From NCBI RefSeq assembly GCF_018977255.1, contig NW_024704742.1, forward strand, positions 105,464,001-105,528,000: a stretch of 64,000 nt of DNA. The letters are read 5' to 3'. A program made the translations under genes and the position numbers. Below, piece after piece: positions 35,514 to 50,000 of the stretch. Source of the stretch: Callorhinchus milii (taxonomy: Eukaryota). Under the pieces are notes generated by a model. The model saw only the letters and a program-made list of their open reading frames with translations. It was not told the DNA's origin and did no database searches. Position 1 is the first letter of the stretch. Every line of letters begins with the position of its first letter.

Positions 35514-36366
35514 ATAGTGGAGCACCCTATTCTGAAAGTGGGACAAGTAGAGGGAGCCGTGCTATCACACCTAGATGATGTGCTTGATGCTAATGAGGAA
35601 AGTGGAAGAGCCTATAATTTTCCAATAGTAAGCCCTCCTGCCATCCCCCCACCCACCCATTCTCAGTTGCAGCGTATGTTCACCAAAGAGTGAAAATAAT
35701 GTTCAAGACACTGACGTTCAAATTATTTTGACAAACCCTTTTATGAGCTGATGTCAGCTATCTGCTGGTGATGGAGAAACTAGGAGGGGAACTTTCCATT
35801 TGTTGAGCATTATGGCCTTTTTGATTGATAGTTAGTGGGAGAGCTGTCAGAACAATGGACATGAGATACATCGCTATTGGCATTGAGCAGTCTTTAGCTA
35901 ATTCACTATATAGCATTGTAATGAGCAGGCAATGAGGTGATCCAAGCACAACGCTGATCAAAGCAGCGAGGGGAGGGATTTGATAGTTGCACGTACTGGT
36001 CTTTAATAACCTGCTTAGTCCTTTAGGGTATTCGAAACCCCCCCCCCCACACACACACACACAATTAAACTAGCAGAGAGGGTTAGTGAAGGGAAAAGGA
36101 ACGGGTGTTTCAAGTTCCGAAAACCTTCAGGGATAGCAATTCTACCTGGGTCTACATTTAACCTATTAAGGTAGCAATTTCAGAGTTAACACAATTTGAC
36201 AAGTTCCTAAAACCAGTCTTAATATGAATTCCTTTTTCCCATAAGTTTAAGAATGATAGAAAAACAACTGTGACTGAATTCAACAATTTGCCAATTTCTA
36301 AAACGTTCTAAAATGCCATGTTAGTAGAATAACTCCAGACTGAGGTGGAATCTCACTCCACTATGT

Positions 36367-36678
36367 GGAGCCCTGTTGCTCAGTGGTTAGAGCACTCGCT
36401 TTGCAAGTGAGAGACCTGAGTTCAATTCCAGGCAGGGCGAAACTTTGGGCAAGTTTCCTTACTCCACACACCTAATAATCCTCCAAAACCCCAAAACAAT
36501 AATAAATTGGTCATTTTCAATCTACGACTGTTTGTGGGACATTGCTGTGCGCAATTGGCTGCCGCGTTCGCCCACAAATATACAGTCAATTCACTTTACA
36601 GTGTGTTCTGTGAAGTGCTTTGGGACGTCTTCCCAACGTGAAAAGCGCTATATCAAATACAAGGATTATTATTATTAT
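36367..36678 (+). mobile_element. SINE family B, short subtype
   Basis: ggagccctgttgctcagtggttagagcactcgctttgcaagtgag...aaggattattattattat. Confidence 0.92.
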
Positions 36679-39418
36679 AATTACCCCACTTGTTGGCAGA
36701 AGTTGTAATGGATGCAGACTAGATGGGTCAAATCCAGTGGGTTGAAAACTCCATGAACATGAAATTCCAGTACTTCCGTTGTCACTGTTTGCTTTCAAAA
36801 ATAAATGTTTTCAGACCTAGAGAAATAGGTTTGAAAACCTTGTTTCTTCAAGGATGTTGAAATCTCTGGCAGCTGTTCACTGTTTGTAATGGCTGGATAA
36901 AACAAGGTGTTTTACATCAATTCTAAAAGTTTCTTTTATTGGAAAGTTTCTGTGCTTCTAAAGCATTACTCTGGTTGGAAATGTAAGTCACGTGATGAAC
37001 CTGGCGATAATTCCCTCTGTTCTGTGCAAATTTTCATTTTCTGTGTGTGTTCTGAGGGTTGAAAACAAGAATTAACTGACACTTCCATCCCTCTCTCTCT
37101 ACCTCAGTTTAATTTGTTACATTTGCTCCTGAGACCAGCAGTATTCGCAAAGACTACTTTTCCAGGCAAATTCTCAATCCTTACTTGCAATAAGATTTGG
37201 TGTTTTACGGTGGTTAAAATAAGATACGAACAAAACTAAATTTAAAAATCATGATTTGATCTTGCATTATTGTTTTGCAGCGAATAAAGTCACTGGAATT
37301 TAACATATACTGCATTTAAATAAGTTAAGATGTTCCTTTGTGGGAAGAGTGCAATATAAACGCATGTTGCTACTATTACAATATAAAGACTTAGATTTGA
37401 AACTTCCCCTGTGACTATTTTAACTCTGGTTATTGAGCATATTAAGGTGTTATTGAATTCTCAGCAAACTGAGCTGAAGCTGGAGTGCAGCGCACCACAC
37501 AATGTATTAGAATCACAGTTAGTTCTGTAACACAGCTCAGCTGGGGGGAAGAGGCCACCTTAACTAATGATCTGCATTTATGCCTCTGACTAGTGCCATT
37601 AACAGTGTGCATGTGCAGAGATGCACTACGGGGAAGAAATTGCACCTGGTCTAGATTTATTCCATGTAGCATTTTAACGGGTTCAGAATTTCGAAAACTG
37701 TTGAATTCAGTCTTGACTTTGGAGCCAGTTTTCTGCAGTTCCTCAAAAAACTTAATTGGGATGTTTCCCCAAACATATTGTATGCACTGGAAATTGGTAT
37801 CTCCCATGTTACAGGGAAGAAATGTATGTAATGCTTAAAAACTGACTTTCCCAGATCTATATATTAATCTTCCCCCTGCCTGCCGCCAGAGTTTTCTATT
37901 CTTTTGCATAACGTTTCTCTCTGCAGAGGTACAATTTGCTTGTAATGCACAGTAAACATCTCTTTTAATTAAAATCTACCATTGTGAGATCTGAAACCAA
38001 GCCATTCCAAGAGAATATTTGTAGTTTCTCATGTAAGTTTTGTCCTCTGACCAAAGCATTGGAGCTTAGCATCGCTCTTAAGGTCTGGTCACCCCCTAGC
38101 ATACTTTTTAAACACCTTACAGAATATGACTCTTGGAAGTATACTTAAAGGACAAGTAATTTTAACGTTTGATGGCATCAACTCTTGGGAATGTATTGCA
38201 TTTAAATGATACCTAGAGGTGTGTAGAGGGAAGAAATCTAACTCAGGATTTCTGATGATATTTCTGAACACGTGAGTGACGCCCTTGTGCTTTGTAGCAG
38301 TCATCCAGACCCGACAGCATTCCGGTGACTCCTATACCTGTTGGTACATTAAATCTGTACAGTTTTAATTTGTTATAGGGCTTTGTTCTGCTTTCGTTCG
38401 TTTTTTCAACAGGCTGCTAGTCTGGGTGAACTTGCATGCCATTGATCAAATTTAGACAGGAAGATTCACAATTGTGACATTGTTATTGGCAACTTTACCA
38501 AGAAATAATCTCCAGTGAATTCTTAGGAAATATCTAGGTCTGGTTTTCGTGACAGGATTTTATTAGAGCGTGTTGTTGCTGATGTTATTCGCTGCTCTCA
38601 GGGCAGTGAAAGTGAAACCTAGTTGTAGCCGAGATCACCCGTCACTCTTGAAAGGGCATTCGTAAAGAAGAACACAACACTATTAACCTTTTGTTATAGA
38701 GATTTCTGCCTGTCAATCATATAAAAGACACCTGCAGTGCTCTTGACTTGGGTCTTTCCAACCATTGCAAGACCTCCTATCATCAAGTCACAGTACTGTG
38801 CTGTGTCTGAAACAGCTGAGTACTGACCAAAGTTCAGAACCTCCGTCTCTCTGAGTTAGAATCCAAGAAAATAGCCCCTAGTTCAGTGAATACCAACCCT
38901 TCAAGGTGGGGACCCAGCTGAGAACAGTAATACATTTACAGTCTTTCCCAGATGCTGGGCTGCGCATACAAACCACTTGTTCATGTTTTGATTGAACCCC
39001 TTTGATTGGAGCCTAACATTGTGGATTGCAGTGAATGGACGGGGCTGGAACTTTGGCAAGAATTAGAGAATGTTGATACGTGTTTCTTTGAATGGAGGAA
39101 CATCGAAGGCCTTGAGGGCACTGGCACCACAAGCGTTTTTTTGAGAAATGAGCTAAACACGAGCATTGTTCTTGAAGAGGGTTGTGTTGTGTAGCCTTTT
39201 AGAAATTTAAATCTTGGCTAAACCACACACGATCTGTGTGCATTGAATTCCTTTTTGTGTTTCTCAGTGCCATTCCATTCACGCTTAAACACTGCAACCA
39301 AGTATTAGAGAACTTCAGGGTTGCCTTTCCGTATGATATTGAACTGCACCAAATGTCTTTGGAGATTTAACGTAAGAGCAGTTTATTCACCTCATAATCT
39401 GCTAAACAGTATGTATTA

Positions 39419-39752
39419 TGTCAGCCTGGCTCAGTTGGCAGCACTCTTGCAGAATGTTGTGGGTTCAAACCCCATATCGAGACTTTGAGGTCATATCTAG
39501 GCTGGCACTCGAGTGTAGTGCTGTGGAGTTCTGCATTGTTGGAGGTGCTGTCCTTTGGATGAGATGATAAAGCGAAGTCCCCTCTGCCTTGGGATGTTCT
39601 CTCGATGTGAAAGGCACTATACAACTGTAATTTTGTTGTTGGTATTGTTGTTGACTGTTGAGGTGAATATTGCTGTGTGCGAATTAGCTGTCGCAATTGT
39701 CTACAAAATAAACAATCACTACATTTTATAGTAAATCCTGTGAAGTGCTTTG
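39419..39752 (+). mobile_element. DeuSINE family A carrying an L2 3' end (39586-39652)
   Basis: tgtcagcctggctcagttggcagcactc head; gccttgggatgttctctcgatgtgaaaggcac...ttgttgtt insert. Confidence 0.75.
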
Positions 39753-42700
39753 ACTGTCAGCAGCTTTTTGACTTGTAAGCTCTGAGGAAGCAAGGGCCTA
39801 TATTCAGTCTAACAGCAGACAGTTATTTCAAGCTGATTGCTTAAAATAAGTATCTTTTTCCTTCTTTACACTGCATAATCAAGATGAGGTAATTTTTAAT
39901 GATCAGTAGAAGTTAAACGCCTACAAGAATTTGTCACTTGTTTAAGATTTTCAAGAGCAGCAAGGTTGAGAGATTTGTATCTGCCTCACAGGGAGTCTGC
40001 TCTATGCATTTACAGATGGAAGATAGGCTGAGACCTTCAGAGGTTTGAGTCTCAGATATTTAACTGCTGTGAAAGGACTTGGTGAGGTCTGTGAGGTATA
40101 TGTTCAACAGCCTACATTCGTTGCAGCTTCAAGTATGAGGGGTGGTGCGATTTTGCACGTTCATGCACATTGAACCTGATTGACGGGAAAACCCAACTTT
40201 TAACAATAAACTTCCATTCAGTCTGTTATGAAGCAGCAGGCATAGTCGAGTAGGATGGGAGCTATAAATTATTGGGTCCTTCTGTAATTTTTCCCAGTTG
40301 AACACCCTCAAAGGCTGACACACAAATAGAAAAGACAACTGGAGCAGAGTTTGCCAGTTTAGATCAATGCTCTAAAAATGCTCTTACTGCGGTGTTGGAT
40401 GTGCAGGTGCTGTTTAATTCAATCGACACTTATATTTCATTGATCTGAAATAATGCAATCTTTTATCCCATTTTAAATATATTTTGTTGAATTCTTGTGT
40501 TTATCAAGCTGTGATCCTAGGGAACAGACCACTTTTCAGTTTTTGCCATCCACTAACTGCCAGCTCTTCCACTTCAAGCACTGCATTCAGTAGATGCCCT
40601 GTAAAGTTCCCTGTATTCTGTTCCAACATCAGAGGCCTCAAAAGCCTCATGTTTTTCGCCTTAAGGCCATAGTTTTAAAATTTAAGGCTGTGCGGAATTT
40701 TGCAAGTTTTAATTTAGTCTTAATTTGTAAGCCAAGTTTCCTCAGGTCCCAAAAAGAACAATGGAAAATCAGCTTCCAATGTAGACTGAATTTGTGAATT
40801 TTCTAAAATTCTGCACAATTTTTAAATTTAAGTGAATGGTCTTAAGCATTATAAAAAAGAAGGTATTTCAGACTCCCATTGAATTGTGATTTCTCACTGT
40901 GTCTCAAGTTAACTTATGTGCTCATTAAGTGAGATTGGTAATTTAGTGCTAATTTGCTTTAAAATGCGGCCAATTTGTGCTGTAGACTTGTGCCCACTAG
41001 GAGGTGGGTTGAGACCGCACAATCAATTTCATGTCAAATCTTTCACTGCTGCAGGTTGGAGATTCCTTTTCATCAGTCTGTGCCAGGATTTGAATTTGGG
41101 TGCCTGAGGTATGAGAGCAGTTTTCTGACGAAGTCTTCTGACTTCTCTGCATCACCCAATCCTCTTTTTTTTACTCCTACTGGAGATTGAGCTGAACACA
41201 AATTAATCAGAATGCCAAAGACCCTATCAAAGTCAGAACCATTTGTGGGATGAATCAGGGCTGGGTTAGACCGGATCTTGCTGGGGTGGCATTTGTGCCT
41301 GTTCTTACTCAGAAACATGAAGGCATAAAGCCAATGGCAATTAAATCTTCCTCGCCTCCCTGAAATGCCCAGTGTATAGTCCCACTGCCAATTCAATTAA
41401 AAAAAATCAACTTTATTGCTTTGAATCTACCACACCCAGAGCCAGCATCTGACTGAGAGAAACTGCTGTCAGGGCACATCAGCTGGACTCGTGCACTAAA
41501 CTAGGGTCCTGCTTAAACAGCCCACTGCATGGTAGGACAGTAATGTAAAACCTTTTCTGAAATCTTGTGCTTCAAGTAACCTTCAGAAATGTGGGAGTAA
41601 ATAGGGAAGTTAGATAGGAGCCATTCACACAGAGGGCAGTGCGCTGGTACATGTTACCAGGGAAGTTTAGCAAAGTAAATGGTATGGATGGGTTCAAAGG
41701 GGACTTGAGATTTTGGTTTTGAAGGTGAAATTCAGTGCTGTTGAGATAAAAAAAAGACCATTACTTCTTATTAGTGTTTCTTGTGTTCCTATCACTGGGC
41801 ATTGGAGGGCACGTGAGTGGGGTTTATAAAGGCTAATAGACACCAGGGAGTCTTTTCAGAGATTTTTTTTATATGAGGCAGCATCTGCATGAAAAAAGAG
41901 CTTCCCAAACTTATTTTCATTTGACTATCAGCATCTGAGGGAGTGATGTAAATCCCATCCAAACACATGAGTACTTTCAGGCACACCGTAACTTTTGGTG
42001 ACAAAATGGCACTTCTGCATTTTATCCTATCCCCCTGAAGAGTTGAAGGTTTGAAAGAATGTTTTCATGAAGATCAGAGACTGTAGCTCATTTTTCTATA
42101 TTTTTCTCTCTCTGAAGTGTATTGTCGTGAGGATCACGTTTTAGGTGGGAATTATTTTTTTAAAAAATCAATCAAACGTTATACATTTGGAGTACAGAAG
42201 GGTTTATAGTTATTAGTCAAGGTAATAATGGTTTTGACACATTAGCATTCGTGATGTTGCACAGCTCTTGTCTGCAGATATAATGCAGTGACATCACGAT
42301 TATTTTGCCAAGACAATGAGATGACTAACAATAGAAGAAGCGTTTAAGTGATTTGCAGCCCTCAGTTCTGGCTGACACCTATTTAGCTTTCTCAGTAGTC
42401 TGTATACCTGTCTGAACAGAACTCACAATTTTGGGGTGAAAGTTAAAAGCTGAATAACAATATACAGCCTCCCTGCTCTGGGTGTTTCACACTATCCTGC
42501 CAGCTCTCATTTCTTTGCAGTTTTGGCTTGTAGGAGCTGCAGGCTGTCGTGGGACTGAGAGGGCAACATCCCTGTGTTTATAGAAACATAGATGTTTTCA
42601 GCATAGGAGGCCATTCGGCCCACTGTCTCTGTGCCAATGTTACTTCTCTTTTTTTAACCCTGCAAGCCAAAGCGATATGAATGGCAAACTATGTGGTTTT

Positions 42701-43029
42701 AGCTGGTTAGACTCCAGTAGCACCCCAACGCACACTCTGGAGCACCCAAGTTTTGGCTTTTGCCAATCAATAATAATAATAATAACCCTTGCATTTGATA
42801 TAATGCCTTATCACGTCTTAGCCTAATACTTAGGCCTAGGGTAAGCGGGATTCATCCCTTCAGGGAGAGAGTGTGGATTCCATACCAACAATCTATCAGG
42901 AATTTCCAAGTGTAGGTGGGATGCATGAAATTCTAGCTTGGTTTGGATATTCTTAAGCATGGTGATGTTTTTCCACGTGTCAGACACGCGGCTGACCAAA
43001 AAAAATTACAAAGTTGCTTTATTTATGAA

Positions 43030-43210
43030 TCCCACTTTCCAGCTCTTTCCACATATCCTTATTTTTAAACTACTCAGATGTTTGCTTATCCAGTTCCCTT
43101 TTGAATGATTCTGTTGATCCAGCCTCAATAGCCACCTGTGGCAACAAATTCCACAGCCCAACAACCCTTTGAGTGAAAAAATTCCTTCTCACCTCTCCCC
43201 TTCATATGAT
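43030..43210 (-). mobile_element. CR1 3' fragment
   Basis: ggcaacaaattccacagcccaacaaccctttgagtgaaaaaattccttctcacctc; a CR1 tail also occurs at 42580-42640. Confidence 0.7.
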
Positions 43211-43404
43211 AATGTATCACATACCTAGAGGGGCTTTTCCAATTCTCTTGTTAAATTGAACAAAGACAATTGGGGGGAGTGGGGGGCATGGAACATGTCA
43301 GGAAGAGGTTTCCCTCACAAGTCTCTTAATGTGTGTGAATCAAAAGGTGAGGCGACTCCTTCCTTGTCTCCCCTCTGATATTCATCTCTGGGTTGGTCGG
43401 GTTG

Positions 43405-43773
43405 ATAATAATAATAATCCTTGCATTTGATATAGCCCTTATCACGTCTTCAAAAGACATCTCAAAACGCTTCACAGAATATACTGTAAAGTGAATTGAA
43501 TGTATATTTTTTGTGCGATCGTGGCAGCCAATTGTGCACAGCAGTGTCCCACAAACAGTCGTGGATTGAGTGACCAAATTACTTTTTTTTAGAGGATTTA
43601 TTACCCCGGAAAAGTGATCCGCTAATCGACTAACAACCAGGTTCCTACTTGCTGCTAGGTAAACAGATGCGTGTTGGATAAGGAAACTTGCCCAACGTTT
43701 CGCCCTGCCGGAAATCGAACCCAGGTCTCTCACCTGCGAGGGGAGTGCTCTAACCACTGAGTTACAGGACTCC
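43405..43773 (-). mobile_element. SINE family B, long subtype
   Basis: Complete head/body/tail; abutted by a 17-bp tandem duplication ggggagttcagtttaa(t) at 43776-43808. Confidence 0.9.
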
Positions 43774-46334
43774 ACGGGGAGTTCAGTTTAATGGGGAGTT
43801 CAGTTTAACAAAAGCCAGATGAAGCCAAATATTTTAAAAAAGAAAACTACTATTTCCTTGAAAGTTTGGTTCATTGTGTAACAATGAAATGATAATAATC
43901 CATGCACCTTATTGTCTTAAAACATCTGAGTGGTTCACAGGATTTCATGTAGAGTACAGTGACCATTTATGGTAATCCTTACATTTGATATTAGGCATTT
44001 CACGTTGGGAGGACATCTCAAAGCACTTCACAGTATCTTCACGGTAAAGTGTAATAACTGTATTTTGTGGTTGGTAGGTGGGTGCGGGGTGTACAATATT
44101 TCTGAATGTGGCTTAGAACAGGTGATTATTAAAACAGGAAGCCTGCTTTAATTGTTCTCCCTTCCTCTGGAGTAGAATGGATACAGACTTGAGGAGATGG
44201 TCAGGCAGCTTTGACACATTTCATCGGTGTCTGTTTTCATCTGATAATGAGTCGCTGCTCCGGTTGATCAGATTGTAATTTTAGTTAATTAACCAAACCT
44301 GCCTGATTGTTATAAGCACAGCTCGTAACTAGCAGCAGCTGAAACTTTTCCACTTCTAAGAAAATAGCAAATATCTTTTCAAAAGCATTCGGTCTCCACA
44401 TGACTGTAAAGTACAACAAGCTGCTTTAATTTGGCTACACTAAAATCAAAGGATTAAAGACTATTTCTGAGCTGTAATTGTCATAATCATAGTTTTTCTA
44501 GGATTTATATTTCAGCTCTTGTTCATATAAGCTAAAGATTTCCAGTGGTAAAGGATGAGAAATGTTCTTTCTTTCGCCTTTCAGGACTCCAGAACCATTA
44601 CAGCACAATTCTCCAAGCTATTATATGAATTTTTCATATTTTTATTTCATTCTATGCTCTAGAAATATTGGAGTAAATGTTATAACGTTTTAACACTCAA
44701 TGTGCTAACTAACAAATGGTCGTCAATTTAGCGACTTAACACTGACTGGTCCCTTTGGTTTGCTGGCCCGGACACCCCACCCCACCCCAACCCCCCCACA
44801 TCATTCTGAATGACCACTGGTGCCCTAAAAGACAGCCTTGTGCCAGTTAGCGGATTACCAGTTCAACCAAACAAAATAAAACAGGATAAAGCTGGCTGAG
44901 CTGTATCCCAATGCAAAGTGAAAGGAATCGAATGTCTTCAAGAAAGAAAGAGGAGATGATCAGTGGTGAAAATTAATGAGAAGCAAAAAAGGATGACATT
45001 TAATGTTTTGTCAGAAATTGGGGTTGGGGGATTAAAAACCTTGGGAAAACAGCAAAGTAAATGGTGCACCCAAAAGCCACTTAGGATGCAAAATGTATTT
45101 CCTACAGGGAATGTCCTGTACGTCAGTCCAATCCACGGGAATTTCATTCTGCAGCCTATTTTTTGCGGGTTTGTGTGATGTACTAAGGTTTCCTGGAAGA
45201 GCTATCCTGAGGAGTTTATTCTGGTGCGATGGCCTACTTACATTGGTCGTTTCCTGACAAATGCTTTTCCAACCCCACTTAGCTTATTTTCACAAAGGAC
45301 GCACACCAAGTATGTTGACTTGCTGACCATGAACCAGGCTGTTTATTAACTTGGAAGTCTGATGTAAAACGGCTGAAACGGAACTATTTAACAAGTGCGG
45401 GTATGCTTGGTTAATGCCTCACTAGCTGACAGAAATGTGAAGCTTGGAGTGAAATGTGCTTTCATTTTACACAGCAAAACCTGCACCTGCATGTTATCTG
45501 GTTCTGTGACTGCCAGGGACCCAAAGGCAAAGAGCAGCCCGGTGGGGGGGGAGGTTCAGCCAAGGGCAGCACACATACAGTGCATTTTTGGAACTGATCC
45601 CCACCACAGCACTCTTAATACCTCTGCATTGAAGAGTTAGAAAGAAATATTTGCAACAAGTATGCTTCCTTCGTTAGCTGCTTCCTGCCAAAGTAATTAC
45701 AGGACAAGCGTGTGTTGTAGGAGCTTTACTGGCATTATCTGGAAACCACATATCCTCATCAAAAAACAAAAGGCCATGACTTGCTGTAACTAATGAATAC
45801 TTGGCATACATAATAAAGACGACCAACAAATCTCGATGTTCCAATGTTTTATCAAGCCTCTTTTTGTTATTCCCTCAGTAATGAGGTGTGGGAGGGCTTC
45901 TTTCTGTATGTGCCAGTGTGGATTTCTTTCTGCGGCTCCCTGTCTTACAGGCTTTGTGGGCTGAATGGATGAAATGATAGGAAAGGACAGACTTCGCAAA
46001 GGCAGAACCTGGCCTCTGGCAAGGTTATCTTCGAAATGTTTCTTTTTACACATGGATCGGTCTAGAGACAGCTTGATGGTTGCCACCAGTCACTGAATAG
46101 CAAAGGGCTGGAGAGGTAATGAATTGGTTTTAAGGTCTGATAGCAGGAACGCATTGTCCTGAAAGACAGCACACTATGTACCCAGAGCCATTGATAGGGT
46201 TTGGGGAAAAGAAGGCAAGGGTCTGCCCACTCAGTCAACAACGGCCTACATTTATATGATGCTTTTCCTGCAGGAAAGCATGTTGGAGCACTGCTCTGAT
46301 ATTCATGAATCTCTCACCAAAGTGGCCATTCTTA

Positions 46335-46672
46335 CGGAATCAAAGATTATTACTGCACAAAAATAGGCCATCAAAAATCCACACTAATACTTTCTCTTTG
46401 TGAGATACCGAATCTCAGCCCACTATCCTGCTCAATCCCATGCTCTTTAATGCATTATTCTTCAAGCATCTATCTAGATTTCTTTTTGAAATAATTCACA
46501 GACGCTGCTTCAACGACTGGTTTTGGCACAGAATTCCACATTCCAACTACCCTCTGTGTAAATATTTTGTATTTAAACTCTCCTTCAATTCCTTTTGTTG
46601 TTATCTTAAACCTGCGGTCTCTCATTGCTGACTGGTTCACCATTGCAAATAATCTACTGCTATTTACTCTCA
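46335..46672 (-). mobile_element. CR1 3' fragment
   Basis: ttcaagcatctatctagattt, ggcacagaattccacattccaactaccctctgtgt. Confidence 0.7.
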
Positions 46673-47059
46673 TTTGCGAGTCTGGACAATGAATGGGCTC
46701 GAGCTTGTGGGTTGGGTTAACCACATGCAATGGCATGTCAGTGCCTATGTAAAGAAACAATGAAAAGGATTTCAAAATCATCTGGAATCCTTTCCATTCA
46801 TTGTGAACCAGATAACTAAGGACACCCATAATTCCCTCTGTGCACATATGTTTGCACCTGGTCAATCCAACTGACACATTTTACATATGGGTTGTTATCT
46901 AGGCCCCAGTGTCACAAGCGTAGGGTTAATCCAACCCACGAACTCCAGCCCATTCATTGTCCAGACTCACAAATGAGAGTAAATAGCAACAACAACAAAA
47001 TTACATTTGTATAGCGCCTTTCACGTCAGCATTGGATTATTTGCAATGGCCAACTAGTC
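46630..47059. repeat. Inverted repeat with arms of about 95-105 bp; right arm interrupted by a 39-nt L2 tail
   Basis: 46630-46722 is the reverse complement of 46924-46988 plus 47032-47059. Confidence 0.85.
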
Positions 47060-50000
47060 TGTTGTGGTTATGTAAGTCCTAAACCTGACCTTGTTCTATA
47101 TGTCAGGGGAAATAAGGATTTTTCCACCTCAACACGGCTGATGTGATAAAAAAATAATACTTGCATTTGATGTAGCAGGGAGATGTCTGAGTGCTGCCAG
47201 CTAAACTGGGCTGACACACTGAGCTGGGCTGGTAATCTGAGCAGGACTGGCCTGCCCCGAGCTGTGCAATGGAAGGAAAGGTTTGGTACCAACTGCCCTG
47301 TTCCTTGTATTTGCTGCTTACGTAGTGAGTTATTGTTCCACCTGGACATCTCCTAAGCCAACTAAGGGTGTAGTCCAAATATTTTGCCATTTTCGGTTGA
47401 CTGATGAACGTAACAAGAAAGGTCTTGGCAGTTCCTGAAAGGTCTAAATTAATTATGTTACCAGTGTCAGCAATTACTTTATGGTGTTGTATGTACTAAC
47501 TGGATAAAATAAATATTTGGTTTCCTGCCAGACATTAATACTTCACATCCCAAAATTGGAAGGATTGTGTTCTGTGTGTAAGGGAACATTTCCTGCTGAG
47601 GACAGACAGTGGTATTAGAAATCATAATACGCTGGAGTGTTTTCTTTTGTACAATATTGAGATAAAAGCAAATTTATAATAATCCTTGCATTTGATTTTG
47701 CTCTGGTCATAAAGTGGAATCAATGTTTTTTTCATAGGCAAATTGTGTTTGTTATATGGGTAATATTTCCTAGGAGAGCAAGGGTTTATTTATACAATTC
47801 AGCCATGTAAGGAGTAATTTAATGTGGCAGAGCAGAAAATACATAAAATTTTAGCGCATAGGAGAGGCCATTCATTCTTAGTAAGGTGGGGAAAATGTTG
47901 TACGAGCGTCACAAACACACACACACACAGAGTATTTCACTTTATTGCCAAGGGTGTCCTCCTTTGCAATAAAACAAAGCGTGAAAGAATGGGAACCTTC
48001 TACTACTGATATCACTTTCTATGCACTGCGCTTGACCACAAGTGTGCAAGAAGCACCATTTACACACGCACACACACCCTGTGAAGCAACGTTAGCAGCG
48101 CTTCCTGGGCACAGTGCACATGTGCAGCATACAGGAGGTGATGTTAACAAAACTTCCTGCATGTAGGACAGGAAGTGACACCAGCAGTGCTTTCTGCATA
48201 TGGTGCAAATGCATGGAAGTGTTGCCAGCAATGACCTGACAACTCTGAAGGTGGCCATTTTTCAGTGCAAGCAATCAGGGCAGGAAGCTGGGTGTAATGA
48301 TGAGTGTCTCCAGGACTCCTGGGCTAACTAGGTGCCTAAAACAGGGTGGCCCTGTAAATTCCAGCTTCACACATGAGGAATGGCTGCCCGAACAGACTGC
48401 CAGGAGACAGCAGGCAGCTATGCAATTGTATCTCAACATAAATAACTGCCTTGAGGAGAGGAGGGGAGAAAAGTTGGGGTCGGAGAAATAGCAATCATTA
48501 TTGTTTAAATAATGTTTGTAAGATTTATCAGTGGGCCTATTGCAGTTTCCACAAGCAAAGGCTGATGCCACCAAGCATGCCCATCTATTAATTTGTTTTG
48601 ACTTTATGCATCAATAGAATAAATCTAAATTAGCTCAGTTTCCCCTATTATTTCTCTTCATAGACATCAACACCCACATTATTATATTCCAGTGATTAAC
48701 TTCAACTGTAAGTGACAGCATTGACCATATTTATTCAGATAGTTAAAAATCAAATAGAAAGACCTTTAGCAAAGAGGAGCGAGAGAAAAAAAANCTTCCT
48801 TTGATCCCTAAAGCAATCTGTTTTATGTTTCATTTTATAGGCATCGTTTGGTTGATGCGCATTTATCTGCTGGGGATTCTTGTGTTCTACTAAATCTGAT
48901 GTATTAGGCAGCTCCATACGACTGGACAGCCTCAAGTTATCCAGCAGTGTTTAGCTGTCTGTGATACAGTTCATTGGAAAAGATTTTGCAAGTGTATTGG
49001 AGGCCCAGGGAAGTAATGTGGAGCAATGTTTTCCTAGCAGTTCTTTCCTGACAGTTCAGTCTGTCTAACAGGAAGAGAGCTTGCATTGCAATGCTGATTT
49101 TGCAGCTAACAAAATTATGTTTTTTCTGCAATAGTCTTTGTATGGCTGCCTTGTATTGATCTCTGTACTCACTCTCCCATTAATTTTAAATATCTGCTTT
49201 TACAAATTTCTCCTACTACAGTGTACGTCTTCCGTTCCTTGTACTTTCTTTTTATGTGGCAGACCTCATGGTAGACTGGAGCATGGACTTATACTGCCTG
49301 CTTTGAACTGTGCTACACAGCAATAAGCAACAGTTAACATTGCTTCACCAACAATATAATATAGTTTACATTTATAAAGCGTCTTTCACTTCGGGAGGAC
49401 GTCTCACGTCAGCTGAACATCCGATCACCCATGGTATCAAGCTTGGCAGATGAACATTGTGCTCTTTCATGACCAGAGCTTCTCAAAAAGGTTATGCTAA
49501 AACGCTATACAAATGCACGTTCTGTTTCTGACAGGCTGGAATCTGGTGGCAACCAGACTTGAAATACATCCACACTGTCACTCAGATTGTTCAGGAACTG
49601 GCTTTGATCTGTGAGTGACTTTAATTTGGTGTTTCAGGTATGCCTGGTGTCCTGACAGGGGCTATATTGGTATTTTTAAGAGCATTGCCTTAGCTTAGTA
49701 CTTATCACATTTGACAAAACTACTGTCTAGGATCTCTCTTTAAGTTCTGACTTGGTTTCTGGTAACCACACAGAGGAGGTGACCTTAAAATGATTTTACT
49801 TGCCAGCTGAGGTGAAACGCTCCCACCAAATTCGTTAAAAATGCCACAAGTCCTTAAACTCCATTTGTGCTTCCTTCTATCTTTGCGGTGGATCTAGAGT
49901 CAGAAATTGCTCATATTTTTTTATTGTTAAAGATAATTAAAACATGGGCGAAATCCGTGTTTAATTTTTTTTCCAGATATGAAGTACGTGAAGATAGGAG

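Noticed and set aside
36445..36708. Recurrent ORFs ending ...[12 protein letters not shown] (also 27606, 53326, 59050, 60266)
   Set aside because: Translations of the SINE body and (ATT)n tail, not a gene family.
42030..42060. Hammerhead cores (ctgaaga...gaaa here; ctgatga...gaaa at 47401)
   Set aside because: No convincing stem II and no flanking stems I or III.
48781..48800. Ambiguous base N at 48794
   Set aside because: Assembly uncertainty beside an A run, with no biological meaning.
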